NCBI GenBank assembly: GCA_964057225.1
Contig: OZ059900.1
Location: 22,816,001 to 22,880,000, forward strand
Length of the DNA stretch: 64,000 nt
Direction: 5' to 3'
Source: Auanema rhodensis
Lineage: Eukaryota > Animalia > Nematoda
Part shown: piece after piece, positions 10,758 through 23,453 of the stretch
Position numbering within the stretch: the first letter of the stretch is position 1
Layout of the letters: each line of letters opens with the position of its first letter
The notes under the pieces: generated by a model
Told to the model about the DNA's origin: nothing
Database searches by the model: none
What the model saw: only the letters and a program-made list of their open reading frames with translations
Made by a program: the position numbers and the translations under genes

Positions 10758-12179
10758 CTCATGCAATGTCAATGAAACCTAGCTCAAAATTGTTTGTACA
10801 ACGTCTAGTTCCACTTTCACGACAAAAAAACAGGGGTTAGAAAATTAAGGAAATTAGCATATTCTGAGGGCACGCCCCTTATGGCTAATATTGATTAAAT
10901 TGATTTTTGTTCATATGAGTAGTCAAATGCAACGAATTTCAGCGTGTTACATACTAAAATGAAGCATTTCACATGCTGAACACTAGAAAAATACAAAAAC
11001 ACAGTATTTCCCATGAGAAATATTTTATTATGCTGGAAAACCAGTTTTTGGAAATTTCGCTGTAAACAAGGTTTTGACTTACGATTTCATGTGTTCAAAC
11101 TCATGCAATGTCAATGAAACCTAGCTCAAAATTGTTTGTACAACGTCTAGTTCCACTTTCACGACAAAAAAACAGGGGTTAGAAAATTAAGGAAATTAGC
11201 ATATTCTGAGGGCACGCCCCTTATGGCTAATATTGATTTAAACGATTTTTGTTCATATGAGTCGTCAAATGCAACGAATTTCAGCGTGTTACATACTAAA
11301 ATGAAGCATTTTACATGCTGAACACTAGAAAAATACAAAAACACAGTATTTCTCATGAGAAATATTTTATTATGCTGGAAAACCAGTTTTTGGAATTTTC
11401 GCTGTAAACGAGGTTTTGACTTACGATTTCATGTGTTCAAACTCATGCAATGTCAATGAAACCTAGCTCAAAATTGTTTGTACAACGTCTAGTTCCACTT
11501 TCACGACAAAAAAACAGGGGTTAGAAAATTAAGGAAATTAGCATATTCTGAGGGCACGCCCCTTATGGCTAATATTGATTAAATCGATTTTTGTTCATAT
11601 GAGTAGTCAAATGCAACGAATTTCAGCGTGTTACATACTAAAATGAAGCATTTCACATGCTGAACACTAAAAAAATACAAAAACACAGTATTTCCCATGA
11701 GAAATATTTTATTATGCTGGAAAACCAGTTTTTGGAAATTTCGCTGTAAACAAGGTTTGACTTACGATTTCATGTGTTCAAACTCATGCAATGTCAATGA
11801 AACCTAGCTCAAAATTGTTCGTACAACGTCTAGTTCCACTTTCACGACAAAAAAACAGGGGTTAGAAAATTTAGGAAATTAGCATATTCTGAGGGCACGC
11901 CCCTTATGGCTAATATTGATTAAATTGATTTTTGTTCATATGAGTAGTCAAATGCAACGAATTTCAGCGTGTTACATACTAAAATGAAGCATTTCACATG
12001 CTGAACACTAGAAAAATACAAAAACACAGTATTTCCCATGAGAAATATTTTATTATGCTGGAAAACCAGTTTTTGGAAATTTCGCTGTAAACAAGGTTTT
12101 GACTTACGATTTCATGTGTTCAAACTCATGCAATGTCAATGAAACCTAGCTCAAAATTGTTTGTACAACGTCTAGTTCC

Positions 12180-15100
12180 ACTTTCACGACAAAAAAACAG
12201 GGGTTAGAAAATTAAGGAAATTAGCATATTCTGAGGGCACGCCCCTTATGGCTAATATTGATTTAAACGATTTTTGTTCATATGAGTCGTCAAATGCAAC
12301 GAATTTCAGCGTGCTACATACTAAAATGAAGCATTTTACATGCTGAACACTAGAAAAATACAAAAACACAGTATTTCTCATGAGAAATATTTTATTATGC
12401 TGGAAAACCAGTTTTTGGAATTTTCGCTGTAAACGAGGTTTTGACTTACGATTTCATGTGTTCAAACTCATGCAATGTCAATGAAACCTAGCTCAAAATT
12501 GTTTGTACAACGTCTAGTTCCACTTTCACGACAAAAAAACAGGGGTTAGAAAATTAAGGAAATTAGCATATTCTGAGGGCACGCCCCTTATGGCTAATAT
12601 TGATTAAATCGATTTTTGTTCATATGAGTAGTCAAATGCAACGAATTTCAGCGTGTTACATACTAAAATGAAGCATTTCACATGCTGAACACTAAAAAAA
12701 TACAAAAACACAGTATTTCCCATGAGAAATATTTTATTATGCTGGAAAACCAGTTTTTGGAAATTTCGCTGTAAACAAGGTTTGACTTACGATTTCATGT
12801 GTTCAAACTCATGCAATGTCAATGAAACCTAGCTCAAAATTGTTCGTACAACGTCTAGTTCCACTTTCACGACAAAAAAACAGGGGTTAGAAAATTTAGG
12901 AAATTAGCATATTCTGAGGGCACGCCCCTTATGGCTAATATTGATTAAATCGATTTTTGTTCATATGAGTCGTCAAATGCAACGAATTTCAGCGTGTTAC
13001 ATACTAAAATGAAGCATTTTACATGCTGAACATTAGAAAAATACAAAAACACAGTTTTTCCCATGAGAAATATTTTATTATGCTGGAAAACCAGTTTTTG
13101 GAAATTTCGCTGTAAACAAGGTTTGACTTACGATTTCATGTGTTCAAACTCATGCAATGTCAATGAAACCTAGCTCAAAATTGTTCGTACAACGTCTAGT
13201 TCCACTTTCACGACAAAAAAACAGGGGTTAGAAAATTTAGGAAATTAGCATATTCTGAGGGCACGCCCCTTATGGCTAATATTGATTAAATCGATTTTTG
13301 TTCATATGAGTCGTCAAATGCAACGAATTTCAGCGTGTTACATACTGAAATGAAGTATTTTACATGCTGAACACTAGAAAAATACAAAAACACAGTATTT
13401 CCCATGAGAAATATTTTATTATGCTGGAAAACCAGTTTTTGGAAATTTCGCTGTAAACAAGGTTTTGACTTACGATTTCATGTGTTCAAACTCATGCAAT
13501 GTCAATGAAACCTAGCTCAAAATTGTTTGTACAACGTCTAGTTCCACTTTCACGACAAAAAAACAGGGGTTAGAAAATTAAGGAAATTAGCATATTCTGA
13601 GGGCACGCCCCTTATGGCTAATATTGATTTAAACGATTTTTGTTCATATGAGTAGTCAAATGCAACGAATTTCAGCGTGTTACATACTAAAATGAAGCAT
13701 TTCACATGCTGAACACTAGAAAAATACAAAAACACAGTATTTCAAATGAGAAATATTTTATTATGCTGGAAAACCAGTTTTTGGAAATTTCGCTGTAAAC
13801 AAGGTTTGACTTACGATTTCATGTGTTCAAACTCATGCAATGTCAATGAAACCTAGCTCAAAATTGTTCGTACAACGTCTAGTTCCACTTTCACGACAAA
13901 AAAACAGGGGTTAGAAAATTTAGGAAATTAGCATATTCTGAGGGCACGCCCCTTATGGCTAATATTGATTAAATCGATTTTTGTTCATATGAGTCGTCAA
14001 ATGCAACGAATTTCAGCGTGTTACATACTAAAATGAAGCATTTTACATGCTGAACATTAGAAAAATACAAAAACACAGTTTTTCCCATGAGAAATATTTT
14101 ATTATGCTGGAAAACCAGTTTTTGGAAATTTCGCTGTAAACAAGGTTTGACTTACGATTTCATGTGTTCAAACTCATGCAATGTCAATGAAACCTAGCTC
14201 AAAATTGTTCGTACAACGTCTAGTTCCACTTTCACGACAAAAAAACAGGGGTTAGAAAATTTAGGAAATTAGCATATTCTGAGGGCACGCCCCTTATGGC
14301 TAATATTGATTAAATCGATTTTTGTTCATATGAGTCGTCAAATGCAACGAATTTCAGCGTGTTACATACTAAAATGAAGTATTTTACATGCTGAACACTA
14401 GAAAAATACAAAAACACAGTATTTCCCATGAGAAATATTTTATTATGCTGGAAAACCAGTTTTTGGACATTTCGCTGTAAACAAGGTTTTGACTTACGAT
14501 TTCATGTGTTCAAACTCATGCAATGTCAATGAAACCTAGCTCAAAATTGTTCCTACAACGTCTAGTTCCACTTTCACGACAAAAAACAGGGGTTAGAAAA
14601 TTAAGGAAATTAGCATATTCTGAGGGCACGCCCCTTATGGCTAATATTGATTAAATCGATTTTTGTTCATATGAGTCGTCAAATGCAACGAATTTCAGCG
14701 TGTTACATACTAAAATGAAGCATTTTACATGCTGAACATTAGAAAAATACAAAAACACAGTTTTTCCCATGAGAAATATTTTATTATGCTGGAAAACCAG
14801 TTTTTGGAAATTTCGCTGTAAACAAGGTTTTGACTTACGATTTCATGTGTTCAAACTCATGCAATGTCAATGAAACCTAGCTCAAAATTGTTCGTACAAC
14901 GTCTAGTTCCACTTTCACGACAAAAAAACAGGGGTTAGAAAATTAAGGAAATTAGCATATTCTGAGGGCACGCCCCTTATGGCTAATATTGATTTAAACG
15001 ATTTTTGTTCATATGAGTAGTCAAATGCAACGAATTTCAGCGTGTTACATACTAAAATGAAGCATTTCACATGCTGAACACTAGAAAAATACAAAAACAC

Positions 15101-18100
15101 AGTATTTCCCATGAGAAATATTTTATTATGCTGGAAAACCAGTTTTTGGAAATTTCGCTGTAAACAAGGTTTGACTTACGATTTCATGTGTTCAAACTCA
15201 TGCAATGTCAATGAAACCTAGCTCAAAATTGTTCGTACAACGTCTAGTTCCACTTTCACGACAAAAAAACAGGGGTTAGAAAATTTAGGAAATTAGCATA
15301 TTCTGAGGGCACGCCCCTTATGGCTAATATTGATTAAATCGATTTTTGTTCATATGAGTCGTCAAATGCAACGAATTTCAGCGTGTTACATACTAAAATG
15401 AAGCATTTTACATGCTGAACATTAGAAAAATACAAAAACACAGTTTTTCCCATGAGAAATATTTTATTATGCTGGAAAACCAGTTTTTGGAAATTTCGCT
15501 GTAAACAAGGTTTTCACTTACGATTTCATGTGTTCAAACTCATGCAATGTCAATGAAACCTAGCTCAAAATTGTTTGTACAACGTCTAGTTCCACTTTCA
15601 CGACAAAAAAACAGGGGTTAGAAAATTAAGGAAATTAGCATATTCTGAGGGCACGCCCCTTATGGCTAATATTGATTTAAACGATTTTTGTTCATATGAG
15701 TCGTCAAATGCAACGAATTTCAGCGTGTTACATACTAAAATGAAGCATTTTACATGCTGAACACTAGAAAAATACAAAAACACAGTATTTCTCATGAGAA
15801 ATATTTTATTATGCTGGAAAACCAGTTTTTGGAATTTTCGCTGTAAACGAGGTTTTGACTTACGATTTCATGTGTTCAAACTCATGCAATGTCAATGAAA
15901 CCTAGCTCAAAATTGTTTGTACAACGTCTAGTTCCACTTTCACGACAAAAAAACAGGGGTTAGAAAATTAAGGAAATTAGCATATTCTGAGGGCACGCCC
16001 CTTATGGCTAATATTGATTAAATCGATTTTTGTTCATATGAGTAGTCAAATGCAACGAATTTCAGCGTGTTACATACTAAAATGAAGCATTTCACATGCT
16101 GAACACTAAAAAAATACAAAAACACAGTATTTCCCATGAGAAATATTTTATTATGCTGGAAAACCAGTTTTTGGAAATTTCGCTGTAAACAAGGTTTGAC
16201 TTACGATTTCATGTGTTCAAACTCATGCAATGTCAATGAAACCTAGCTCAAAATTGTTCGTACAACGTCTAGTTCCACTTTCACGACAAAAAAACAGGGG
16301 TTAGAAAATTTAGGAAATTAGCATATTCTGAGGGCACGCCCCTTATGGCTAATATTGATTAAATCGATTTTTGTTCATATGAGTCGTCAAATGCAACGAA
16401 TTTCAGCGTGTTACATACTAAAATGAAGCATTTTACATGCTGAACATTAGAAAAATACAAAAACACAGTTTTTCCCATGAGAAATATTTTATTATGCTGG
16501 AAAACCAGTTTTTGGAAATTTCGCTGTAAACAAGGTTTGACTTACGATTTCATGTGTTCAAACTCATGCAATGTCAATGAAACCTAGCTCAAAATTGTTC
16601 GTACAACGTCTAGTTCCACTTTCACGACAAAAAAACAGGGGTTAGAAAATTTAGGAAATTAGCATATTCTGAGGGCACGCCCCTTATGGCTAATATTGAT
16701 TAAATCGATTTTTGTTCATATGAGTCGTCAAATGCAACGAATTTCAGCGTGTTACATACTGAAATGAAGTATTTTACATGCTGAACACTAGAAAAATACA
16801 AAAACACAGTATTTCCCATGAGAAATATTTTATTATGCTGGAAAACCAGTTTTTGGAAATTTCGCTGTAAACAAGGTTTTGACTTACGATTTCATGTGTT
16901 CAAACTCATGCAATGTCAATGAAACCTAGCTCAAAATTGTTTGTACAACGTCTAGTTCCACTTTCACGACAAAAAAACAGGGGTTAGAAAATTAAGGAAA
17001 TTAGCATATTCTGAGGGCACGCCCCTTATGGCTAATATTGATTTAAACGATTTTTGTTCATATGAGTAGTCAAATGCAACGAATTTCAGCGTGTTACATA
17101 CTAAAATGAAGCATTTCACATGCTGAACACTAGAAAAATACAAAAACACAGTATTTCCCATGAGAAATATTTTATTATGCTGGAAAACCAGTTTTTGGAA
17201 ATTTCGCTGTAAACAAGGTTTGACTTACGATTTCATGTGTTCAAACTCATGCAATGTCAATGAAACCTAGCTCAAAATTGTTCGTACAACGTCTAGTTCC
17301 ACTTTCACGACAAAAAAACAGGGGTTAGAAAATTTAGGAAATTAGCATATTCTGAGGGCACGCCCCTTATGGCTAATATTGATTAAATCGATTTTTGTTC
17401 ATATGAGTCGTCAAATGCAACGAATTTCAGCGTGTTACATACTAAAATGAAGCATTTTACATGCTGAACATTAGAAAAATACAAAAACACAGTTTTTCCC
17501 ATGAGAAATATTTTATTATGCTGGAAAACCAGTTTTTGGAAATTTCGCTGTAAACAAGGTTTGACTTACGATTTCATGTGTTCAAACTCATGCAATGTCA
17601 ATGAAACCTAGCTCAAAATTGTTCGTACAACGTCTAGTTCCACTTTCACGACAAAAAAACAGGGGTTAGAAAATTTAGGAAATTAGCATATTCTGAGGGC
17701 ACGCCCCTTATGGCTAATATTGATTAAATCGATTTTTGTTCATATGAGTCGTCAAATGCAACGAATTTCAGCGTGTTACATACTAAAATGAAGTATTTTA
17801 CATGCTGAACACTAGAAAAATACAAAAACACAGTATTTCCCATGAGAAATATTTTATTATGCTGGAAAACCAGTTTTTGGACATTTCGCTGTAAACAAGG
17901 TTTTGACTTACGATTTCATGTGTTCAAACTCATGCAATGTCAATGAAACCTAGCTCAAAATTGTTCCTACAACGTCTAGTTCCACTTTCACGACAAAAAA
18001 CAGGGGTTAGAAAATTAAGGAAATTAGCATATTCTGAGGGCACGCCCCTTATGGCTAATATTGATTAAATCGATTTTTGTTCATATGAGTCGTCAAATGC

Positions 18101-21100
18101 AACGAATTTCAGCGTGTTACATACTAAAATGAAGCATTTTACATGCTGAACATTAGAAAAATAAAAAAACACAGTTTTTCCCATGAGAAATATTTTATTA
18201 TGCTGGAAAACCAGTTTTTGGAAATTTCGCTGTAAACAAGGTTTTGACTTACGATTTCATGTGTTCAAACTCATGCAATGTCAATGAAACCTAGCTCAAA
18301 ATTGTTCGTACAACGTCTAGTTCCACTTTCACGACAAAAAAACAGGGGTTAGAAAATTAAGGAAATTAGCATATTCTGAGGGCACGCCCCTTATGGCTAA
18401 TATTGATTTAAACGATTTTTGTTCATATGAGTAGTCAAATGCAACGAATTTCAGCGTGTTACATACTAAAATGAAGCATTTCACATGCTGAACACTAGAA
18501 AAATACAAAAACACAGTATTTCCCATGAGAAATATTTTATTATGCTGGAAAACCAGTTTTTGGAAATTTCGCTGTAAACAAGGTTTGACTTACGATTTCA
18601 TGTGTTCAAACTCATGCAATGTCAATGAAACCTAGCTCAAAATTGTTCGTACAACGTCTAGTTCCACTTTCACGACAAAAAAACAGGGGTTAGAAAATTT
18701 AGGAAATTAGCATATTCTGAGGGCACGCCCCTTATGGCTAATATTGATTAAATCGATTTTTGTTCATATGAGTCGTCAAATGCAACGAATTTCAGCGTGT
18801 TACATACTAAAATGAAGCATTTTACATGCTGAACATTAGAAAAATACAAAAACACAGTTTTTCCCATGAGAAATATTTTATTATGCTGGAAAACCAGTTT
18901 TTGGAAATTTCGCTGTAAACAAGGTTTGACTTACGATTTCATGTGTTCAAACTCATGCAATGTCAATGAAACCTAGCTCAAAATTGTTCGTACAACGTCT
19001 AGTTCCACTTTCACGACAAAAAAACAGGGGTTAGAAAATTTAGGAAATTAGCATATTCTGAGGGCACGCCCCTTATGGCTAATATTGATTAAATCGATTT
19101 TTGTTCATATGAGTCGTCAAATGCAACGAATTTCAGCGTGTTACATACTGAAATGAAGTATTTTACATGCTGAACACTAGAAAAATACAAAAACACAGTA
19201 TTTCCCATGAGAAATATTTTATTATGCTGGAAAACCAGTTTTTGGAAATTTCGCTGTAAACAAGGTTTTGACTTACGATTTCATGTGTTCAAACTCATGC
19301 AATGTCAATGAAACCTAGCTCAAAATTGTTTGTACAACGTCTAGTTCCACTTTCACGACAAAAAAACAGGGGTTAGAAAATTAAGGAAATTAGCATATTC
19401 TGAGGGCACGCCCCTTATGGCTAATATTGATTTAAACGATTTTTGTTCATATGAGTAGTCAAATGCAACGAATTTCAGCGTGTTACATACTAAAATGAAG
19501 CATTTCACATGCTGAACACTAGAAAAATACAAAAACACAGTATTTCCCATGAGAAATATTTTATTATGCTGGAAAACCAGTTTTTGGAAATTTCGCTGTA
19601 AACAAGGTTTGACTTACGATTTCATGTGTTCAAACTCATGCAATGTCAATGAAACCTAGCTCAAAATTGTTCGTACAACGTCTAGTTCCACTTTCACGAC
19701 AAAAAAACAGGGGTTAGAAAATTTAGGAAATTAGCATATTCTGAGGGCACGCCCCTTATGGCTAATATTGATTAAATCGATTTTTGTTCATATGAGTCGT
19801 CAAATGCAACGAATTTCAGCGTGTTACATACTAAAATGAAGCATTTTACATGCTGAACATTAGAAAAATACAAAAACACAGTTTTTCCCATGAGAAATAT
19901 TTTATTATGCTGGAAAACCAGTTTTTGGAAATTTCGCTGTAAACAAGGTTTGACTTACGATTTCATGTGTTCAAACTCATGCAATGTCAATGAAACCTAG
20001 CTCAAAATTGTTCGTACAACGTCTAGTTCCACTTTCACGACAAAAAAACAGGGGTTAGAAAATTTAGGAAATTAGCATATTCTGAGGGCACGCCCCTTAT
20101 GGCTAATATTGATTAAATCGATTTTTGTTCATATGAGTCGTCAAATGCAACGAATTTCAGCGTGTTACATACTAAAATGAAGTATTTTACATGCTGAACA
20201 CTAGAAAAATACAAAAACACAGTATTTCCCATGAGAAATATTTTATTATGCTGGAAAACCAGTTTTTGGACATTTCGCTGTAAACAAGGTTTTGACTTAC
20301 GATTTCATGTGTTCAAACTCATGCAATGTCAATGAAACCTAGCTCAAAATTGTTCCTACAACGTCTAGTTCCACTTTCACGACAAAAAACAGGGGTTAGA
20401 AAATTAAGGAAATTAGCATATTCTGAGGGCACGCCCCTTATGGCTAATATTGATTAAATCGATTTTTGTTCATATGAGTCGTCAAATGCAACGAATTTCA
20501 GCGTGTTACATACTAAAATGAAGCATTTTACATGCTGAACATTAGAAAAATAAAAAAACACAGTTTTTCCCATGAGAAATATTTTATTATGCTGGAAAAC
20601 CAGTTTTTGGAAATTTCGCTGTAAACAAGGTTTTGACTTACGATTTCATGTGTTCAAACTCATGCAATGTCAATGAAACCTAGCTCAAAATTGTTCGTAC
20701 AACGTCTAGTTCCACTTTCACGACAAAAAAACAGGGGTTAGAAAATTAAGGAAATTAGCATATTCTGAGGGCACGCCCCTTATGGCTAATATTGATTTAA
20801 ACGATTTTTGTTCATATGAGTAGTCAAATGCAACGAATTTCAGCGTGTTACATACTAAAATGAAGCATTTCACATGCTGAACACTAGAAAAATACAAAAA
20901 CACAGTATTTCCCATGAGAAATATTTTATTATGCTGGAAAACCAGTTTTTGGAAATTTCGCTGTAAACAAGGTTTGACTTACGATTTCATGTGTTCAAAC
21001 TCATGCAATGTCAATGAAACCTAGCTCAAAATTGTTCGTACAACGTCTAGTTCCACTTTCACGACAAAAAAACAGGGGTTAGAAAATTTAGGAAATTAGC

Positions 21101-21700
21101 ATATTCTGAGGGCACGCCCCTTATGGCTAATATTGATTAAATCGATTTTTGTTCATATGAGTCGTCAAATGCAACGAATTTCAGCGTGTTACATACTAAA
21201 ATGAAGCATTTTACATGCTGAACATTAGAAAAATACAAAAACACAGTTTTTCCCATGAGAAATATTTTATTATGCTGGAAAACCAGTTTTTGGAAATTTC
21301 GCTGTAAACAAGGTTTGACTTACGATTTCATGTGTTCAAACTCATGCAATGTCAATGAAACCTAGCTCAAAATTGTTCGTACAACGTCTAGTTCCACTTT
21401 CACGACAAAAAAACAGGGGTTAGAAAATTTAGGAAATTAGCATATTCTGAGGGCACGCCCCTTATGGCTAATATTGATTAAATCGATTTTTGTTCATATG
21501 AGTCGTCAAATGCAACGAATTTCAGCGTGTTACATACTAAAATGAAGTATTTTACATGCTGAACACTAGAAAAATACAAAAACACAGTATTTCCCATGAG
21601 AAATATTTTATTATGCTGGAAAACCAGTTTTTGGACATTTCGCTGTAAACAAGGTTTTGACTTACGATTTCATGTGTTCAAACTCATGCAATGTCAATGA
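12180..21700. repeat. Nested 10-, 7- and 4-monomer duplications built from 3- and 4-monomer units
   Basis: The ggacatttcg variant falls at 14468, 17882, 20271 and 21636 (spacings 3414, 2389, 1365). The aataaaaaaac variant falls at 18164 and 20553 (2389). ORF-track spacings agree. Confidence 0.8.
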
Positions 21701-23327
21701 AACCTAGCTCAAAATTGTTCCTACAACGTCTAGTTCCACTTTCACGACAAAAAACAGGGGTTAGAAAATTAAGGAAATTAGCATATTCTGAGGGCACGCC
21801 CCTTATGGCTAATATTGATTAAATCGATTTTTGTTCATATGAGTCGTCAAATGCAACGAATTTCAGCGTGTTACATACTAAAATGAAGCATTTTACATGC
21901 TGAACATTAGAAAAATACAAAAACACAGTTTTTCCCATGAGAAATATTTTATTATGCTGGAAAACCAGTTTTTGGAAATTTCGCTGTAAACAAGGTTTTG
22001 ACTTACGATTTCATGTGTTCAAACTCATGCAATGTCAATGAAACCTAGCTCAAAATTGTTCCTACAACGTCTAGTTCCACTTTCACGACAAAAAACAGGG
22101 GTTAGAAAATTAAGGAAATTAGCATATTCTGAGGGCACGCCCCTTATGGCTAATATTGATTAAATCGATTTTTGTTCATATGAGTCGTCAAATGCAACGA
22201 ATTTCAGCGTGTTACATACTTAAATGAAGCATTTTACATGCTGAACACTAGAAAAATACAAAAACACAGTATTTCTCATGAGAAATATTTTATTATGCTG
22301 GAAAACCAGTTTTTGGAAATTTCGCTGTAAACAAGGTTTTCACTTACGATTTCATGTGTTCAAACTCATGCAATGTCAATGAAACCTAGCTCAAAATTTT
22401 TTGTACAACGTCTAGTTCCACTTTCACGACAAAAAAACAGGGGTTAGAAAATTAAGGAAATTAGCATATTCTGAGGGCACGCCCCTTATGGCTAATATTG
22501 ATTAAATCGATTTTTGTTCATATGAGTAGTCAAATGCAACGAATTTCAGCGTGTTACATACTAAAATGAAGCATTTCACATGCTGAACACTAGAAAAATA
22601 CAAAAACACAGTATTTCCCATGAGAAATATTTTATTATGCTGGAAAACCAGTTTTTGGAAATTTCGCTGTAAACAAGGTTTTGACTTACGATTTCATGTG
22701 TTCAAACTCATGCAATGTCAATGAAACCTAGCTCAAAATTGTTTGTACAACGTCTAGTTCCACTTTCACGACAAAAAAACAGGGGTTAGAAAATTAAGGA
22801 AATTAGCATATTCTGAGGGCACGCCCCTTATGGCTAATATTGATTTAAACGATTTTTGTTCATATGAGTCGTCAAATGCAACGAATTTCAGCGTGTTACA
22901 TACTAAAATGAAGCATTTTACATGCTGAACACTAGAAATATACAAAAACACAGTATTTCTCATGAGAAATATTTTATTATGCTGGAAAACCAGTTTTTGG
23001 AATTTTCGCTGTAAACGAGGTTTTGACTTACGATTTCATGTGTTCAAACTCATGCAATGTCAATGAAACCTAGCTCAAAATTGTTTGTACAACGTTTAGT
23101 TCCACTTTCACGACAAAAAAACAGGGGTTAGAAAATTAAGGAAATTAGCATATTCTGAGGGCACGCCCCTTATGGCTAATATTGATTAAATCGATTTTTG
23201 TTCATATGAGTAGTCAAATGCAACGAATTTCAGCGTGTTACATACTAAAATGAAGCATTTTACATGCTGAACACTAGAAAAATACAAAAACACAGTATTT
23301 CTCATGAGAAATATTTTATTATGCTGG

Positions 23328-23453
23328 AAAACCAGTTTTTGGAATTTTCGCTGTAAACGAGGTTTTGACTTACGATTTCATGTGTTCAAAAAAACCAGTT
23401 TTTGGAATTTTCGCTGTAAACGAGGTTTTGACTTACGATTTCATGTGTTCAAA
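23328..23453. repeat. 63-bp internal tandem duplication, copy 6
   Basis: Same junction; the last occurrence I see in the window. Confidence 0.96.
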
